This document shows, piece by piece, positions 1 to 11,028 of a stretch of DNA of 64,000 nucleotides. The translations under genes and the position numbers were made by a program. Below the pieces are notes generated by a model. That model saw only the letters and a program-made list of their open reading frames with translations. It ran no database searches and was not told the origin of the DNA. Position 1 is the first letter of the stretch. Each line of letters starts with the position of its first letter. This DNA comes from the human T2T-CHM13v2.0 reference genome, Homo sapiens, in assembly GCF_009914755.1 (NCBI RefSeq), contig NC_060926.1. One strand, given 5' to 3'.

Positions 1-28
1 AGTTACATTTGGAAGAGAAGGATGGGAA

Positions 29-180
29 GGAGTCTCAGTAAGTTGCCTAGGCTGGAGTATAGTGACTATTCACAGACATGATCATAGTGTCCTGAGGCCT
101 CGAACTCCTGGGCTCAAGCAATCCTTCTGCCTTAGCCTCTTGGTAGCTAGGACTACAGGTGTGCACTACCATACTTGGCT
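29..180 (-). mobile_element. FAM-like fossil Alu monomer (7SL-derived SINE)
   Basis: gagtctc..gttgcctaggctggagtatagtgactattcacagacatgatcatag..gcctcgaactcctgggctcaagc..gactacagg matches the antisense FAM layout, including the ggctattcacaggc segment that FLAM lacks. Confidence 0.75.
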
Positions 181-195
181 TTTAAGCTGTACTTC

Positions 196-308
196 ATATA
201 TATATATAATATATATATAATATAAAATTATATTTAAATATATATATTATATATAGTTATATATATTATATATAGTTATATTTATATTTAAATATATATA
301 TATTTAAA
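196..308. repeat. (TA)n-rich low-complexity repeat
   Basis: About 110 bp, almost purely A/T with alternating TA; 19-bp unit repeated at 241-259 and 260-278. Confidence 0.95.
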
Positions 309-566
309 AGACAGCTGATGGGTTTTCACTGTTTTTCAAGTTCAAGTTTACCCTTGATAGGGGTGACAAATGAGTCACCTTGGTGATTGAAGCTTGCTGT
401 AGATATCCTCTAGAGAAGATGAAAAAAACTTCTGTAGGAACTAGCTGTTCTCCTTGTTAGACCTGGGGTTTTCCTCATTATTGAATCTCTTACAAGCTGA
501 CTTCCTCCAAGAAGCCTGCCTGGACTGGCTTTACCCTTCTCTCATTATTCCAGCAGATCTTCACAT

Positions 567-680
567 TTCATTTGTTTGTTCATTCATCAAGTATTTATGA
601 AACTTAAGTTGTGCTTAACATCGTTTGTACCATAGAGATCAAAATGCTGGTTCCTCCTTTCAAGGAGCTTAATACTTGTC
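567..680 (-). mobile_element. L2 3' end fragment
   Basis: ttcattcatcaagtatttatg..ctttcaaggagctta resembles the antisense L2 tail. Confidence 0.55.
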
Positions 681-845
681 TCATTGGGACATCAAAGTAT
701 AAGGGCAGAGCCTTGTAGAAGCCTAAATGTACCACTTGATGCAGGGTCTGGGTTGTGGCTGTTTATGAAGTAAGCTAGTTCTAGTAAATGTTCTGCCAGA
801 ACTTTTAATAGACTGGCTAACTGGGCTTCACTCCAGAGATGTTGT

Positions 846-1013
846 TAGTCTCGATATTCACAGTATGGTCCAGGGACCCGCAGCATCAGCATCACCTGGG
901 AAATTGTAAAAGGCAGAGTATTGGGCCACACCCCTACCAGTTGAATTGTAATCTGCATTGTAAGCAGATCCCTGGAATACCTATGTCCTAACATCAGGGT
1001 ATGAGAAGCACTG
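846..1013. mobile_element. MER5A-like hAT-Charlie MITE
   Basis: ggtcc..cagcatcagcatcacctgggaaattgt..aatctgcatt..gatccc..tgagaagcactg is the MER5A pattern. Confidence 0.75.
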
Positions 1014-1429
1014 ATCTACAACACTTGGGGATTCTTTAATGTCAATACTAGAAAAGGGTGAATTGGGAAGGACTAAACTCACTAGTTGTGATAAGAACTG
1101 TCAATCACTTGTTGTGTAGTTGTAACAGGTGGGAATTTGCTCCATGACACTTAGACATAAAAAAGTTGCATTATTTCTAAAAAGAAACTTAAATCTGGCT
1201 CCAAGCTCTCATTTGGAAGGTGGTGAAAATGTTAATCTTAGTAACATTGGGGGTCGGGGTTTCCCCTTTCTCATGTTGTGTCAAAATTCAAGGGGCTTAT
1301 GAGATGCCCAGAAAATGAGGCATTGGGTCTGTTGTTCAAAGTTCTTCCTATTGCCAATTCTGCTCTATGATTTTGCTGCCAGGGCTGACCAGAGCACTAG
1401 GGCCAGCCAGCCAAAGGGCTGGCCTTTAT

Positions 1430-1560
1430 ATTTTATCTTCAATCCTCATAGTATCATTAGCATGAAGGTATCGTTATCCTCACTTTGCAGAACTGCCTGA
1501 GGTCATCAAACATTGAGATTGGAGCTGGGATCTGGCATGTTTTGCAGTCCACGTTCTTTA
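1430..1560 (-). mobile_element. MIR fragment
   Basis: aatcctcata..ttatcctcactttgcag..tgcctgaggtca MIR core. Confidence 0.5.
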
Positions 1561-1693
1561 CATGAGCAGAGGGTGAGTCTCTCAAAAGAAAACGCTCTGT
1601 AGTCTCTCAAAAGAGAATACTCTTCAGTGGGGGAACTTGTTTTGGATGGTCAGTGTCAGGGAGGCAAGAAATTATGATGCCAAGTCTGGTGGA

Positions 1694-2090
1694 TGTTTAT
1701 CTTGCTTTTAGGCTACCCAGCAGCTTTTGGCTGCTTTTTATCTCTGGGAAATTTCCATCTTTTTGAGTCCTGCTTCCTCAAGATAGTGGTCAGAAGCTTG
1801 CTTTCCCAGCATCCCTCACAGCCAGAGTGCAGCATGTGGCCTGGGCTGCGCCAGTCACGTGCACTGGCATGAGAGTCTCATTTGGAAGAGAAGGATGGGA
1901 AAGAGCAGTAGCCACATGGACTCTCTTTGGGGTTAAAGCCAGTGTGTGACAAATGGGGTTAAAAGAGTGTAAAGGAGCCTTTAGAGAGAGCAAAGACAGA
2001 AAAGCTAAAGACAGCATCCTAAGCCAGATGTTTGCAGCACCTCTACATTGGTGCATTCTGATGGGATAACCTTATGTGATTCTCTGGCCC
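1694..2090 (+). mobile_element. Old ERVL-class LTR (LTR16/LTR33-like), decayed
   Basis: ctttcccagcatccctcacagccagagtgcagcatgtggcctgggctgcgccagtca resembles the LTR16-family core; boundaries approximate. Confidence 0.45.
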
Positions 2091-2501
2091 TCCTAGGGGT
2101 TATATGAAATAACTAATAGCCTCATTTCTGGATGAAACTGGAATGGGCTCTGCTGTTTGTCCTAAGAACTCTGCATGTCCAGAAAGTAGGTAATAGAATG
2201 ATTGGACTGGAGTAGGGAAATCTAGAAGGTAGCAGTGATGAATTTAGACTGAAAAGTAGACTGAGTTAAATATGGAGGAAGTTGATAGCTAGGCTAATGG
2301 ATTCAGACTATGTATTGGAGGCCATGGGAGCCATGGAAAGCTTTTGAGAAGAGGAGTGGCAGGAAGGAGTGCAAAAACACTGATGTGGCCATGTGGCCAA
2401 GGTGTGTGTTGCTGGCAGAGAGAGGCAGTGTGAGGGGCACAGGTGTGGAAGTGATCATGGGTTCTGATGACGGTTTGTGGTTAGGTTTAGTCATGAAGGG
2501 G

Positions 2502-2660
2502 TGGTAGTTATCAACCCTGCTAAACATTACGATCACCTGTGGAACTATTAAAAATGCCCTACTCCAGTCTATTTATATCAAAACCTTTGTGGGTGGAGCC
2601 CTGGACATTGGCATTATTTAAGCCTTCAGGTGACTCCAATGTGTAGCCAGGGTTGAGAAT
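2502..2660. mobile_element. MER5-family hAT-Charlie MITE
   Basis: atcacctgtggaactattaaaaat..ggtggagccc..caggtgactccaatgtgtagccagggttgagaa. Confidence 0.7.
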
Positions 2661-2727
2661 GGGAGAAGAAGGAGCTGGAAAGGCAGGCTGGGGGTGGCTG
2701 GGGAGACCTTGACTTTAGTAACTGTGC

Positions 2728-3145
2728 CAAGGTTCTTTGACTAGAGGCCACCAAACCGGATTCTTCTTATTTAGCAAGTAAGAAGGAATTTATTGGAAGT
2801 ATGGGAGGTAGCTCACTGAGTCAAAGGGAAGGCTAAATAAAGAACCAGATTTATCAGGGACCTAGGGAGTAGAAATTCATGGACCACCAGCTTGGGCTCT
2901 ACCATCAAGAAGGTATCAGCTTCAGGCATCATCCCATCTTTGTTGCCACTCCATCCAGGGATGAGAACCTTGTTGGACTGGCTAGGGCTGCTCATCCAGC
3001 CCCTGTGAGGCTGAGATGAGGGCAGGTGATGGACAGTGCCGTCAAGACTGCATGCAGTGAGAGGCGTGGTCCCCAAAGGAGACCCATGTTCTACCCAGGA
3101 GAGCGGGTTACAGAGCCAGGGAGCAGAAACAACAGACACCCCCTG
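2728..3145 (-). mobile_element. Old MaLR LTR (MLT1K/L-like)
   Basis: aaggaatttattggaag..gtagctcactgagtcaaagggaaggct..ggtccccaaagga..gcagaaacaacagacacc. Confidence 0.55.
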
Positions 3146-4121
3146 TGGGGACCTTCGTAAGCTTAGTGATGTGCTCTGACATTGTTGAGTTCCTTCTTTG
3201 TTCCATGCAGACTTTCCCCAGATTCTATTCTCTCTTATATCCCTGGACTTCCCCTTCCCCCTGGCTGAGTCCTGGGTGATATTTCCCAGGGATCTGGTCA
3301 TCTTAGTGCATGAGCAGTTTAGAGGGGTGGGGAGGAGGGGTCAGCAGCAGAGCCTCCTGCTTCTGAAATGCTGCTGCCAGAAGCTGGTTGGTGCCAAATC
3401 CCCAGGGCATGTCTCCTGCCTTGTAAGCTGACTCACTCACTCACCTAGGTCACTCACTGACCAAGTATCAGGTTGTGGCTGCTCATTACCATGAAATCAG
3501 GTTGTATTTGAAACTTGGCCTGGAAAACAAAGATCTCTGGCTGTGCTTCAGCATCAGATGCAACACCTATTTCTAGAATTGGGCATTTTCTAGTTATGTC
3601 TTAATATGATATTGGCCTTAAGCCAGGACTCCTTATTTCAGATGTAAGATCCTACCTTTGATGTCAAGCATATTGACCATGGAAAATAGGAAACATATGA
3701 GTTGCATTCATTGCCTTCTGGAAATCTAAAAAGTTATTTAAGAAAGAAAAACTAGTAAAATTTATTAAAGTTTTGTTCATAAAATGTTTTAGTTTCACAT
3801 TGGAATGCTGATTGATCTTTGATTTTGATGTCAGTCACATTCTGTCTCTAGGGCAGTTACTGTTTTCTCTCCCTGCAAATTGAGAGGCCAGGAGGCTGCT
3901 CTCCAAGGCAGCTTCTCAGAGTCTTCACTTCTCTTGGTGATGTTTTTTTGAACGAGAGTCACCATACGCCAGGTGAGCCTTCCCCGTGGAACTTGGCAGT
4001 GAGCTGTGTGCATTGAGAATATGTGGAGGGAGTGTGGTGTGTGTGGACTTCACATTCAGTGGGTAGGGCCTAAGTATGTGACTACTGTATCTTAAGTGGT
4101 GGGGATGATGGCAAATGGGGA

Positions 4122-4988
4122 GTATATTAGTTTCCTGTGGCTGCTGTAACAAGTTACTACACATTTGACGGCTTAAAACAGTAGACATTTATTTTCTCAC
4201 AGTTCTGGAGGCCAGAAGTCCAAAATAAGTTTCTCTGGGCCAAAATCAAGGTGTCAGCAGGACCTTAGAGCTTAGGCTTTAGGAGAGAATTCACTCCTTC
4301 AACCTTCCAGTTGCTGGTGACTGCTGGTGTTCCTTGGCTTGTGGTTGTGTTACCCCAGTCTCCAAGGCCAACATCTTCAGATTTCTCCCTGCTCTGTCTT
4401 CAAGTCATCTTCTTGTTTGTCTTGCTCCATTTGGGCTGTTATATCGAAATACCATAAACTGGGTGGTTTGTAAGCAACAGACATTATTTTCTCAGGGTTC
4501 TAGAGGCTGGGAAGTCCAAGATCAAGGTATTAGCAGATTTGGTGTCTGGTGATGGCCTGCTTTCAGGTTGCAAACTGCTGACTTCTCGCTGTGTCCTCAC
4601 ATGGTGGAAGGGGCAAGGCAGCTCTCTGGGACCTCATTTATAAGGACACAAACCCCATGAGGGATGTACTATCATGATGCAATCACTTCCCAAAGGCCAC
4701 ACCTAATACCATCACATTGGTGACTAGGTTTCCAACATACAGATTTGAAGGACACAAAAATTCAGACCATAGCATCCTCTGTGTGTGTCAAATCTCCCTC
4801 TGCCTCCCTCTTCTGAGAATGCATCTGATGAAATCTAGGGCCTACTCTGATAATGCAGGATCATCTCTCTACCTCAAAATCCTTCGCTTAATCACATCTG
4901 CCAAGATTCTTTTTCTTATAAAGTGACATTTACTGTATCCAGAGATTAGGACCTGGTATTCTCGGAGGACATTTTTCAGCCTACTGCA
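4122..4988 (-). mobile_element. MaLR LTR (MLT1B/C-like), interrupted by a second LTR
   Basis: tattagtttcctgtggctgctgtaacaa..ttctggaggccagaagtcc at the left; continues after 4774 with taatcacatctgccaag..attaggac..ttcagcctactgca. Confidence 0.85.
4418..4774 (-). mobile_element. MaLR LTR (MLT1A0-like) nested in the preceding LTR
   Basis: tgtcttgctccatttgggctg..ctgggaagtccaagatcaagg..gtgtcctcacatggtggaagggg..attcagaccatagca; TG..CA ends. Confidence 0.85.
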
Positions 4989-5074
4989 GGGAGCAAAGGG
5001 ATACCAGAAAGTACAAAAATTTAATGTGGTACATGAGCATAGCCTTCCCACCTACAGAGAGACACTGCTGTGCA

Positions 5075-5262
5075 TAGGTATATGTCCCAATCTCCTTTCC
5101 ATCACCTACTAGTGTGTGTGACTTGACAAATTACTCAGGACCTCAGTTTTATCATCTCTGCATTAGACATAAACTGGTCTAAGGTTGATTTGAGCATGCA
5201 GTGAGAAGTATATGGAGGCCACCTGTGCAGTGCCTAGCATATGGTAGGTCGTCATTGAAAAC
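5075..5262 (+). mobile_element. MIR
   Basis: tgtgtgacttgacaaattac..cctcagttttatcatct..cagtgcctagcatatggtagg. Confidence 0.7.
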
Positions 5263-5264
5263 TA

Positions 5265-7945
5265 CATTTGACCCTTGAACAACATGGATTTGAACTACTT
5301 GGGTCTTCTTATACATGATTTTTTCCCAATAAACGTATTATAATACTTTTTGGAGATTTGTGACAATTTGAACAAACAAATGGTAAAGCTTAGAAGTAGA
5401 AAAAAGTTAAGAAAAAGATATGTCATGAATGCATAAAATATATGTAGATTCTTGCCTATTTTATTATTTACTATCATAAAATATACACAAATCTTTTATA
5501 AAACCTTAAAATTTATCAAAACTTACATACACACAAATACAGATTGTACATGGTGCCATTTGCAGTTGAGAAATATAAACAAATGTAAACATGCAGTATT
5601 AAATCATAACTGCATAAAAATTAGCTACAGTAATTTTTTGTAGCTACCTCCTGTTGCTATCGAGGTAAGCTTAAGTGTTCCTAGTGTCCACTTGCAACTC
5701 TGTGTGACGCTAATCATCTCAGCATGAGCAGTTTGTCTCTCCAGTAAAATATTGCAGTAAAAAAGTGATCTCGTGGGCTTCTCACATAAATTTCATCATG
5801 TTTAGTGCAAATACCATAAACCTTGACTAACATCATGGGACTCATACAAAGTGCCACTAGTGGTGCTGGAAGTGCTGCCAAGAAGTAAAGTCATGATATC
5901 ACAAGAAAAAGCTGAATTTTGACATGTACTATACATTGAAGTCTGCAACTGCAGTTGCCCTCCATTTCAAGATAAATGACTCCAGTGTAAGGACCATTAA
6001 AAAAAAAAATTCATGAAGCCGTCACTTGCAAGAAGTATTTTGCAAAAAGTGTGAGGTTGTCATGCCTGCTATTACTACAGCTATGCCAGCAGGCATGACA
6101 ACCTCATACTTTTTGCAGAATAGTTTTTTATATTGTATTGGAAATGCAGCTTTTATGTTGGTGCAGGATTGCTATTAGAAATAGCAATTGCTATAGACTC
6201 TAATATGATTCAAGAAAAAGCGAAGTCATTATATGACAACTTAAAGCACAATGAAGGTGAAGGGCCTAAAGCTGGAGACTTTAATGTCAGCAAAGGATGG
6301 TTTAATAATTTTAGACATTTGGCTTAAGAAATGACAAGATAACAGGAGAAGCAGCTTCTGATGATCAAGAGGCAGCAGATGAGTTCCTGTACACCATTAA
6401 GAAAATCATTGAGGAGAAAGGATATCTGCCTGGAGAGGTATTTAATGCAGATGAGAGTGCTCTATTCTGAAAAAAAATGCCATGAAGGACGTTTATTAGT
6501 AAGAAAGAGAAGTGAGCATCAAGATTTAAGGCAGGAAGGGATAGGCTAACTCTACTGTTTTGTTCAAATGCTGTTGGGTTTATAATCAGGAACTCCTTTA
6601 TTTATAAAGCTGCTAACTCCTGAGTCTTGAAGGGAAAAGATAAACACCAGTTGCTAAGTCTTTTGGTTGTACAGCAAGAAGGCCTGGACAATAAGAACAC
6701 TTTTTCTGGATTGGTTATGTTGATGCTTTGTCCTTGAAGTCAGGAGGTACCTTACCAGTAAGGAACTGCCTTTTAAAATTCTTTTAATATTGGACAGTGC
6801 CCTTGGCCACTCAGAGCCCCATGAGGTCAACACTGAAGGTGTTGAAGTGGTCTACTTGCCCCCAAACAGAACATCTCTAATTCAGCCTCTAGATTGGGGC
6901 CATAAAGACCTTTAAGTCTCATTACACGTGGTACTCTATGGAAAGGATTGTCAGCATTATGGAAGAAAACCCCAAGTCTGGAAGGATGACACTATTGAAG
7001 ATGCCATCATTGTTACAGAAAAAGTCATGAAAGCCACCAAGCCCAAAACAATAAATTCCTGGTGGAGAAAACTGTCCAGATATGCATGACTTCACAGGAT
7101 TTACAATAGAGCCGATTCAGAAAATTATAAAAGAGATTGTGGATATGGCAAAACATCAGGTGGGGGTGAAGGGTTTCAAGATATGGGTCTTAGAGACATA
7201 CAAGAGCTAAGACACCACACCAGAGGAAATAACAGAAGATGACTTGACGGAGATGAGTGCTTCCAAATCAACGCCAGATGACGAGGAAGATGACATAAAA
7301 GAAGCAGTGCCAGAAACAAATGGACAATATTAGACAATCTGGCCAAAGCTTCTAATTATTCGAGACTCTTTTTGGCTTCTTTTACTACATGGATCATTCT
7401 ATGATACAGACACAGACACTGAAAGTAAAGCAAACGGTGAAAGAAGGGCTGGTACCATATGGAAACATCTTTAGAGAAATACAAAGGCAAAAAAGACAGA
7501 AATTATGGTGTATTTCTGTAAAGTTGACCCGAGTGTGCCTGCCTCTCCTGCTCCCCGCACACCTCCTTCACCCCTTCTGCCTCTGCCACCCCTGAGACAG
7601 TAAAACCAACCCCTCCTTCCTCGTTCTCCTCAGCCTATTCAACATGAAGATGATGAGGATGAAGACCTTTATGATGATCCACTTTCACTTAGTAAACAGA
7701 AATATACTTTCTCTTCTCTATGATTGTCTAATAACTTTCTCTTTCTCTAGCTTACTTTATGGTATGTATACAATACATACACAAAATATGTGTTAATCGA
7801 CTGTTTGTTATTGGTAAGGCTTCCAGTCAACAGTAGGTAATTAGTAGTTAAGTCTTTGGGGAGTCCAAGGTTACATACAGATTTTTGACTGTGCAGGGAA
7901 GGGTGTGTTAGACCCTGAATGCCTGCACTGTTCAAGGGTCAACTG
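5265..7945 (+). mobile_element. Full-length Tigger2 (pogo/TcMar DNA transposon), transposase disrupted
   Basis: TIRs catttgacccttgaaca / tgttcaagggtcaactg; TA at both flanks (5263-64, 7946-47); 2.68 kb; transposase remnant IDSNMIQEKAKSLYDNLK..FNVSKGWFNNFR with multiple stops and frameshifts. Confidence 0.93.
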
Positions 7946-9099
7946 TAGTTGCCTATAGTGACCTTGTGATATTACAGAAAGAATTTTGGTTGAGGACTCA
8001 AGAGAACTTGGTTCTAGTCATTGCCAGGCCACAGACTTGTAACATTTTGAGCAAATCTCCACATATTTTCTCGTGTAAAGCTTGAAGTGGTAAACTTGAG
8101 GAGTTTGTCTCAAAAGTCCCCATAGACATAAGACATGAAGGGGATATGGGTTCCAGACTTAAGCACTCCAAGGAATAGAAAGAGTGTGAAGATTATATAG
8201 TAAAGATGCATGGACATTTGCTTTTCATTCCATTGTATGTCAATGTCTGATACAATAGAAAAATGTTTTAAGTTCGTTTTCAGAAAGCAAAAGTGTCAGC
8301 CCAGGAAGGGCAATTCCTGATGGCTATAAGGAGCCTCTGAAAGACTCTCAGGTGGCCCCAGCTGTGTGCTCATTCCAGAAAGAGAGCTTTAGGCCCTGAG
8401 GCCCCCCGAGTCCCTAAGCTTTTGAAATTGTTTGCCTTTGACCTTTGTCCTGTGAGAAGTTACTGGAAGAGCAAGAGCAGCAGCTCCAGGCCCTGGCAGC
8501 CCATTCTAGGCGGGAGCTTTTGACAAATTACCACGTTGATGCCTTCTTCACGCACCTGTAAGGCCAAGGCATTATTGGCCAAGGCAATCGATATATCAAA
8601 ATGAATTTTTGGAAGAGTGTCATCAAGCTCAGCTTTATTTCCAAAACAAACTCTGCCCCAGGGAGGGAAAAATGACTTTCACTGTGAAGTAAACAGTTGA
8701 TTGTTTAGACATTACTTATGTCATGCTAGTCCATCTGAGATGTAGGCACCATGGTAACCAATTGTCCCCAGAATTCATATTTTTGAGGCCCATTAAAACT
8801 CGAGGCTGCTGGAGTCATGTTCTCCGCATTTTGGCCATTTTAATAATAATAATGAGAACGTTAAAATGACATTTGGAATTTATATCACACTTGTCTGTGA
8901 GGTGCTCTCAGCACTTTACAATGTATCATCCATCCTCATCACAGAGATGGGAAATATCAGAGGTGGGTAGTATTTGTGATTATATTCAGCTTAGTAAAGA
9001 GCCCCCCGGCTTGAAGGAATTTCAGTGATGTGGCATGGTGCTTGCCGACTTGTGGGGACAGAAGAGGCTGGTGCTGGCTTGGTGCTTCTGCTCGGTCCA

Positions 9100-9185
9100 T
9101 CTCTCTCTGCCTCAGTTTCCATCAATCAAATCAGATAACAGCAGTGTGTCTCCTCATCCCGCAGCGTGGTTATGTGGATCATTGT
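9100..9185 (+). mobile_element. MIR core fragment
   Basis: ctctctgcctcagtttccatc..ggttatgtggat. Confidence 0.5.
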
Positions 9186-9194
9186 ATTAATCAT

Positions 9195-9441
9195 ATTAAC
9201 TAACGTTTTAAAAAATTTACTTGCTATGTGCCAGGTGTTCTAAGATCTTTTTGTATGCTCATTCATTGAATTCTCCCAAGGCCCTATGAGGCAGGTGCAG
9301 TTAATTATCCTATTTTAGAGATAAGCAAATTGAAACACGGAGAGTTTAAGGAACTTGCCTCAGGTAACACAGCAATTAAGAACCTGAGGTGTATCTGACC
9401 CAGGCAGGTTGGCTACAGAGCTTGCAGTATTAACCACTGTG
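9195..9441 (-). mobile_element. MIR, near full length
   Basis: ctatgtgccagg..ccctatgaggcagg..attttagagataagcaaattgaaacacggagagtttaagg..cttgcctcaggtaacacagc..ttaaccactg. Confidence 0.85.
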
Positions 9442-9680
9442 TTAGAGTTGCTTAAACTTTGATATAGCAAGACAATACACACACATGCACAAGTGCACAC
9501 ACCCGCACAGGCAGAGCAAACAAAAGTTTCACTGAACGATATTCACCCATCCTTACCTTTGAATGTGAAGTGCATTTTGATCTTTTCTCTTCTATTCATT
9601 TCATTAACGAAAATGCCAATCTGAAGCCAGTAAACTGAGTTTATGATCATGAGTAAGTCTGACATACATTTTGAAAGCCT
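9442..9680. mobile_element. Probable old hAT-Charlie DNA transposon fragment
   Basis: Starts agagttgcttaaacttt and ends aaactgagtttatgatc..ttttgaaag, similar to Charlie-type MER termini; family uncertain. Confidence 0.35.
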
Positions 9681-10609
9681 TAGCACTACACCATACTCCT
9701 TCATAGATGCTCCTGGGGAAGCATTTGAGAAGAGACATGCAGGGAGTGTGTGTGATTGGCTGGGGAGGGTCGTGGAGACCAGAATGTGTGAAGTGTAGGC
9801 CCTGGCTCTGCTCCCACGGTGCTACCTCCTGAGGCAGCTGCTCCGTGTCATGTCTGGGCCTGTGGGTTGGCGGGCAGAGGCTGCCCCACTCTCCTCTTCT
9901 ACTTTGTGTCATAATAGTCTTTGGGGGTCTTCTCTGCCAGCCTCCATGGGCTTCAGCTCTGAGTTAACCCCAGGTATTTACTGAATAGACATTATGTACT
10001 GGGCCTCGTAGGTATCCAGCTCTGACTGGGAGGCTACAGAGAGGCATTAGACATGTTCCTTGACTGCAAGGAAATTGCAAGACACCAGGGAAGGAAGGCT
10101 GACATGTCAAGGGAGAATTAGGGGCAGGTCCCCCAGTGCTGTATGTAGGGAGCATAGATTTTGGAGCTAGATGGCTCCTCCTAGTAATGTGACCTCGGGC
10201 AACATACTTGACCTCTGAGAGCCTAACTCTGGGGCTGCACCTGCAGCCTGAGTGATATTATCCTGGCTAGTGAAACTGTTTGGTGAACCATGAAGTGTTA
10301 CTAAGAGGTTAGTATTTAGAGGTCATGTTGTCATAACAGTATTGCCAAAAGTCTGGCAACAGCCATAAACATTGGGGTTTCAGGGAAGGGACGGAGTGTT
10401 GCAGCAATCCTGGAAGCCTTCCTGGAGGAGGCAGCATTTAATCTGAAGCAGGTATTTTCAGTTCCTGACTGGAAGGATCATGGGTCACTTAGAGATGGAA
10501 ACAGATACGCAAGGTCCAACCATTCATGTAGAAACCATGCTTATATATAATTAGGTCATAGCTCTGACTCCAATAGGAGGATCCTGAGTGCTTTCATAAG
10601 TTGTTGGGG

Positions 10610-10745
10610 TTTTGTTGTTGTTGTTGTTTGTTTTTAGAGACAAGATCTTGCTATGTTGCCCAGGCTGGCCTTGAACTCCTGGGCTCAAGTGATCCTCCTG
10701 TCTTAGCTTCCCAAGTAGCTGAGACTGCAGGCTCAAGTCACTCAG
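10610..10745 (-). mobile_element. FLAM Alu monomer with (TTG)n tail
   Basis: gagacaagatcttgctatgttgcccaggctggccttgaactcctgggctcaagtgatcctcc. Confidence 0.85.
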
Positions 10746-10820
10746 TACACTGCTTTCCTAAGTTTGACATGCCCTGCTGGCTTGAGGTCACTGGCAGACA
10801 ACCACTTGATTCCCTTAGGT

Positions 10821-11028
10821 CAGGGGTTAGCAAATTACGTATGGGCAATCCCTGTTTCTATATAGCTCATGATACCTGTAATGTCAGCAAGCTTTTTTTT
10901 TTTTTTTTTTTTTTTTTACATTTTTTTGAGTGTTGTAGAAAAAAAAATATGCGACAGTACTATGTGGTCCCATAAAACCTAAAATATTTACTATCTGGCC
11001 CTTTAAAGAAAAAAATTTACCAACTGAT
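10821..11028 (+). mobile_element. MER58-family hAT-Charlie MITE
   Basis: caggggttagcaaa..atatgcgacag..aaacctaaaatatttactatctggccctttaaagaaaaa. Confidence 0.8.

Noticed and set aside
1576-1628. 25-bp-period duplication agtctctcaaaaga
   Set aside because: Two diverged copies; ordinary slippage
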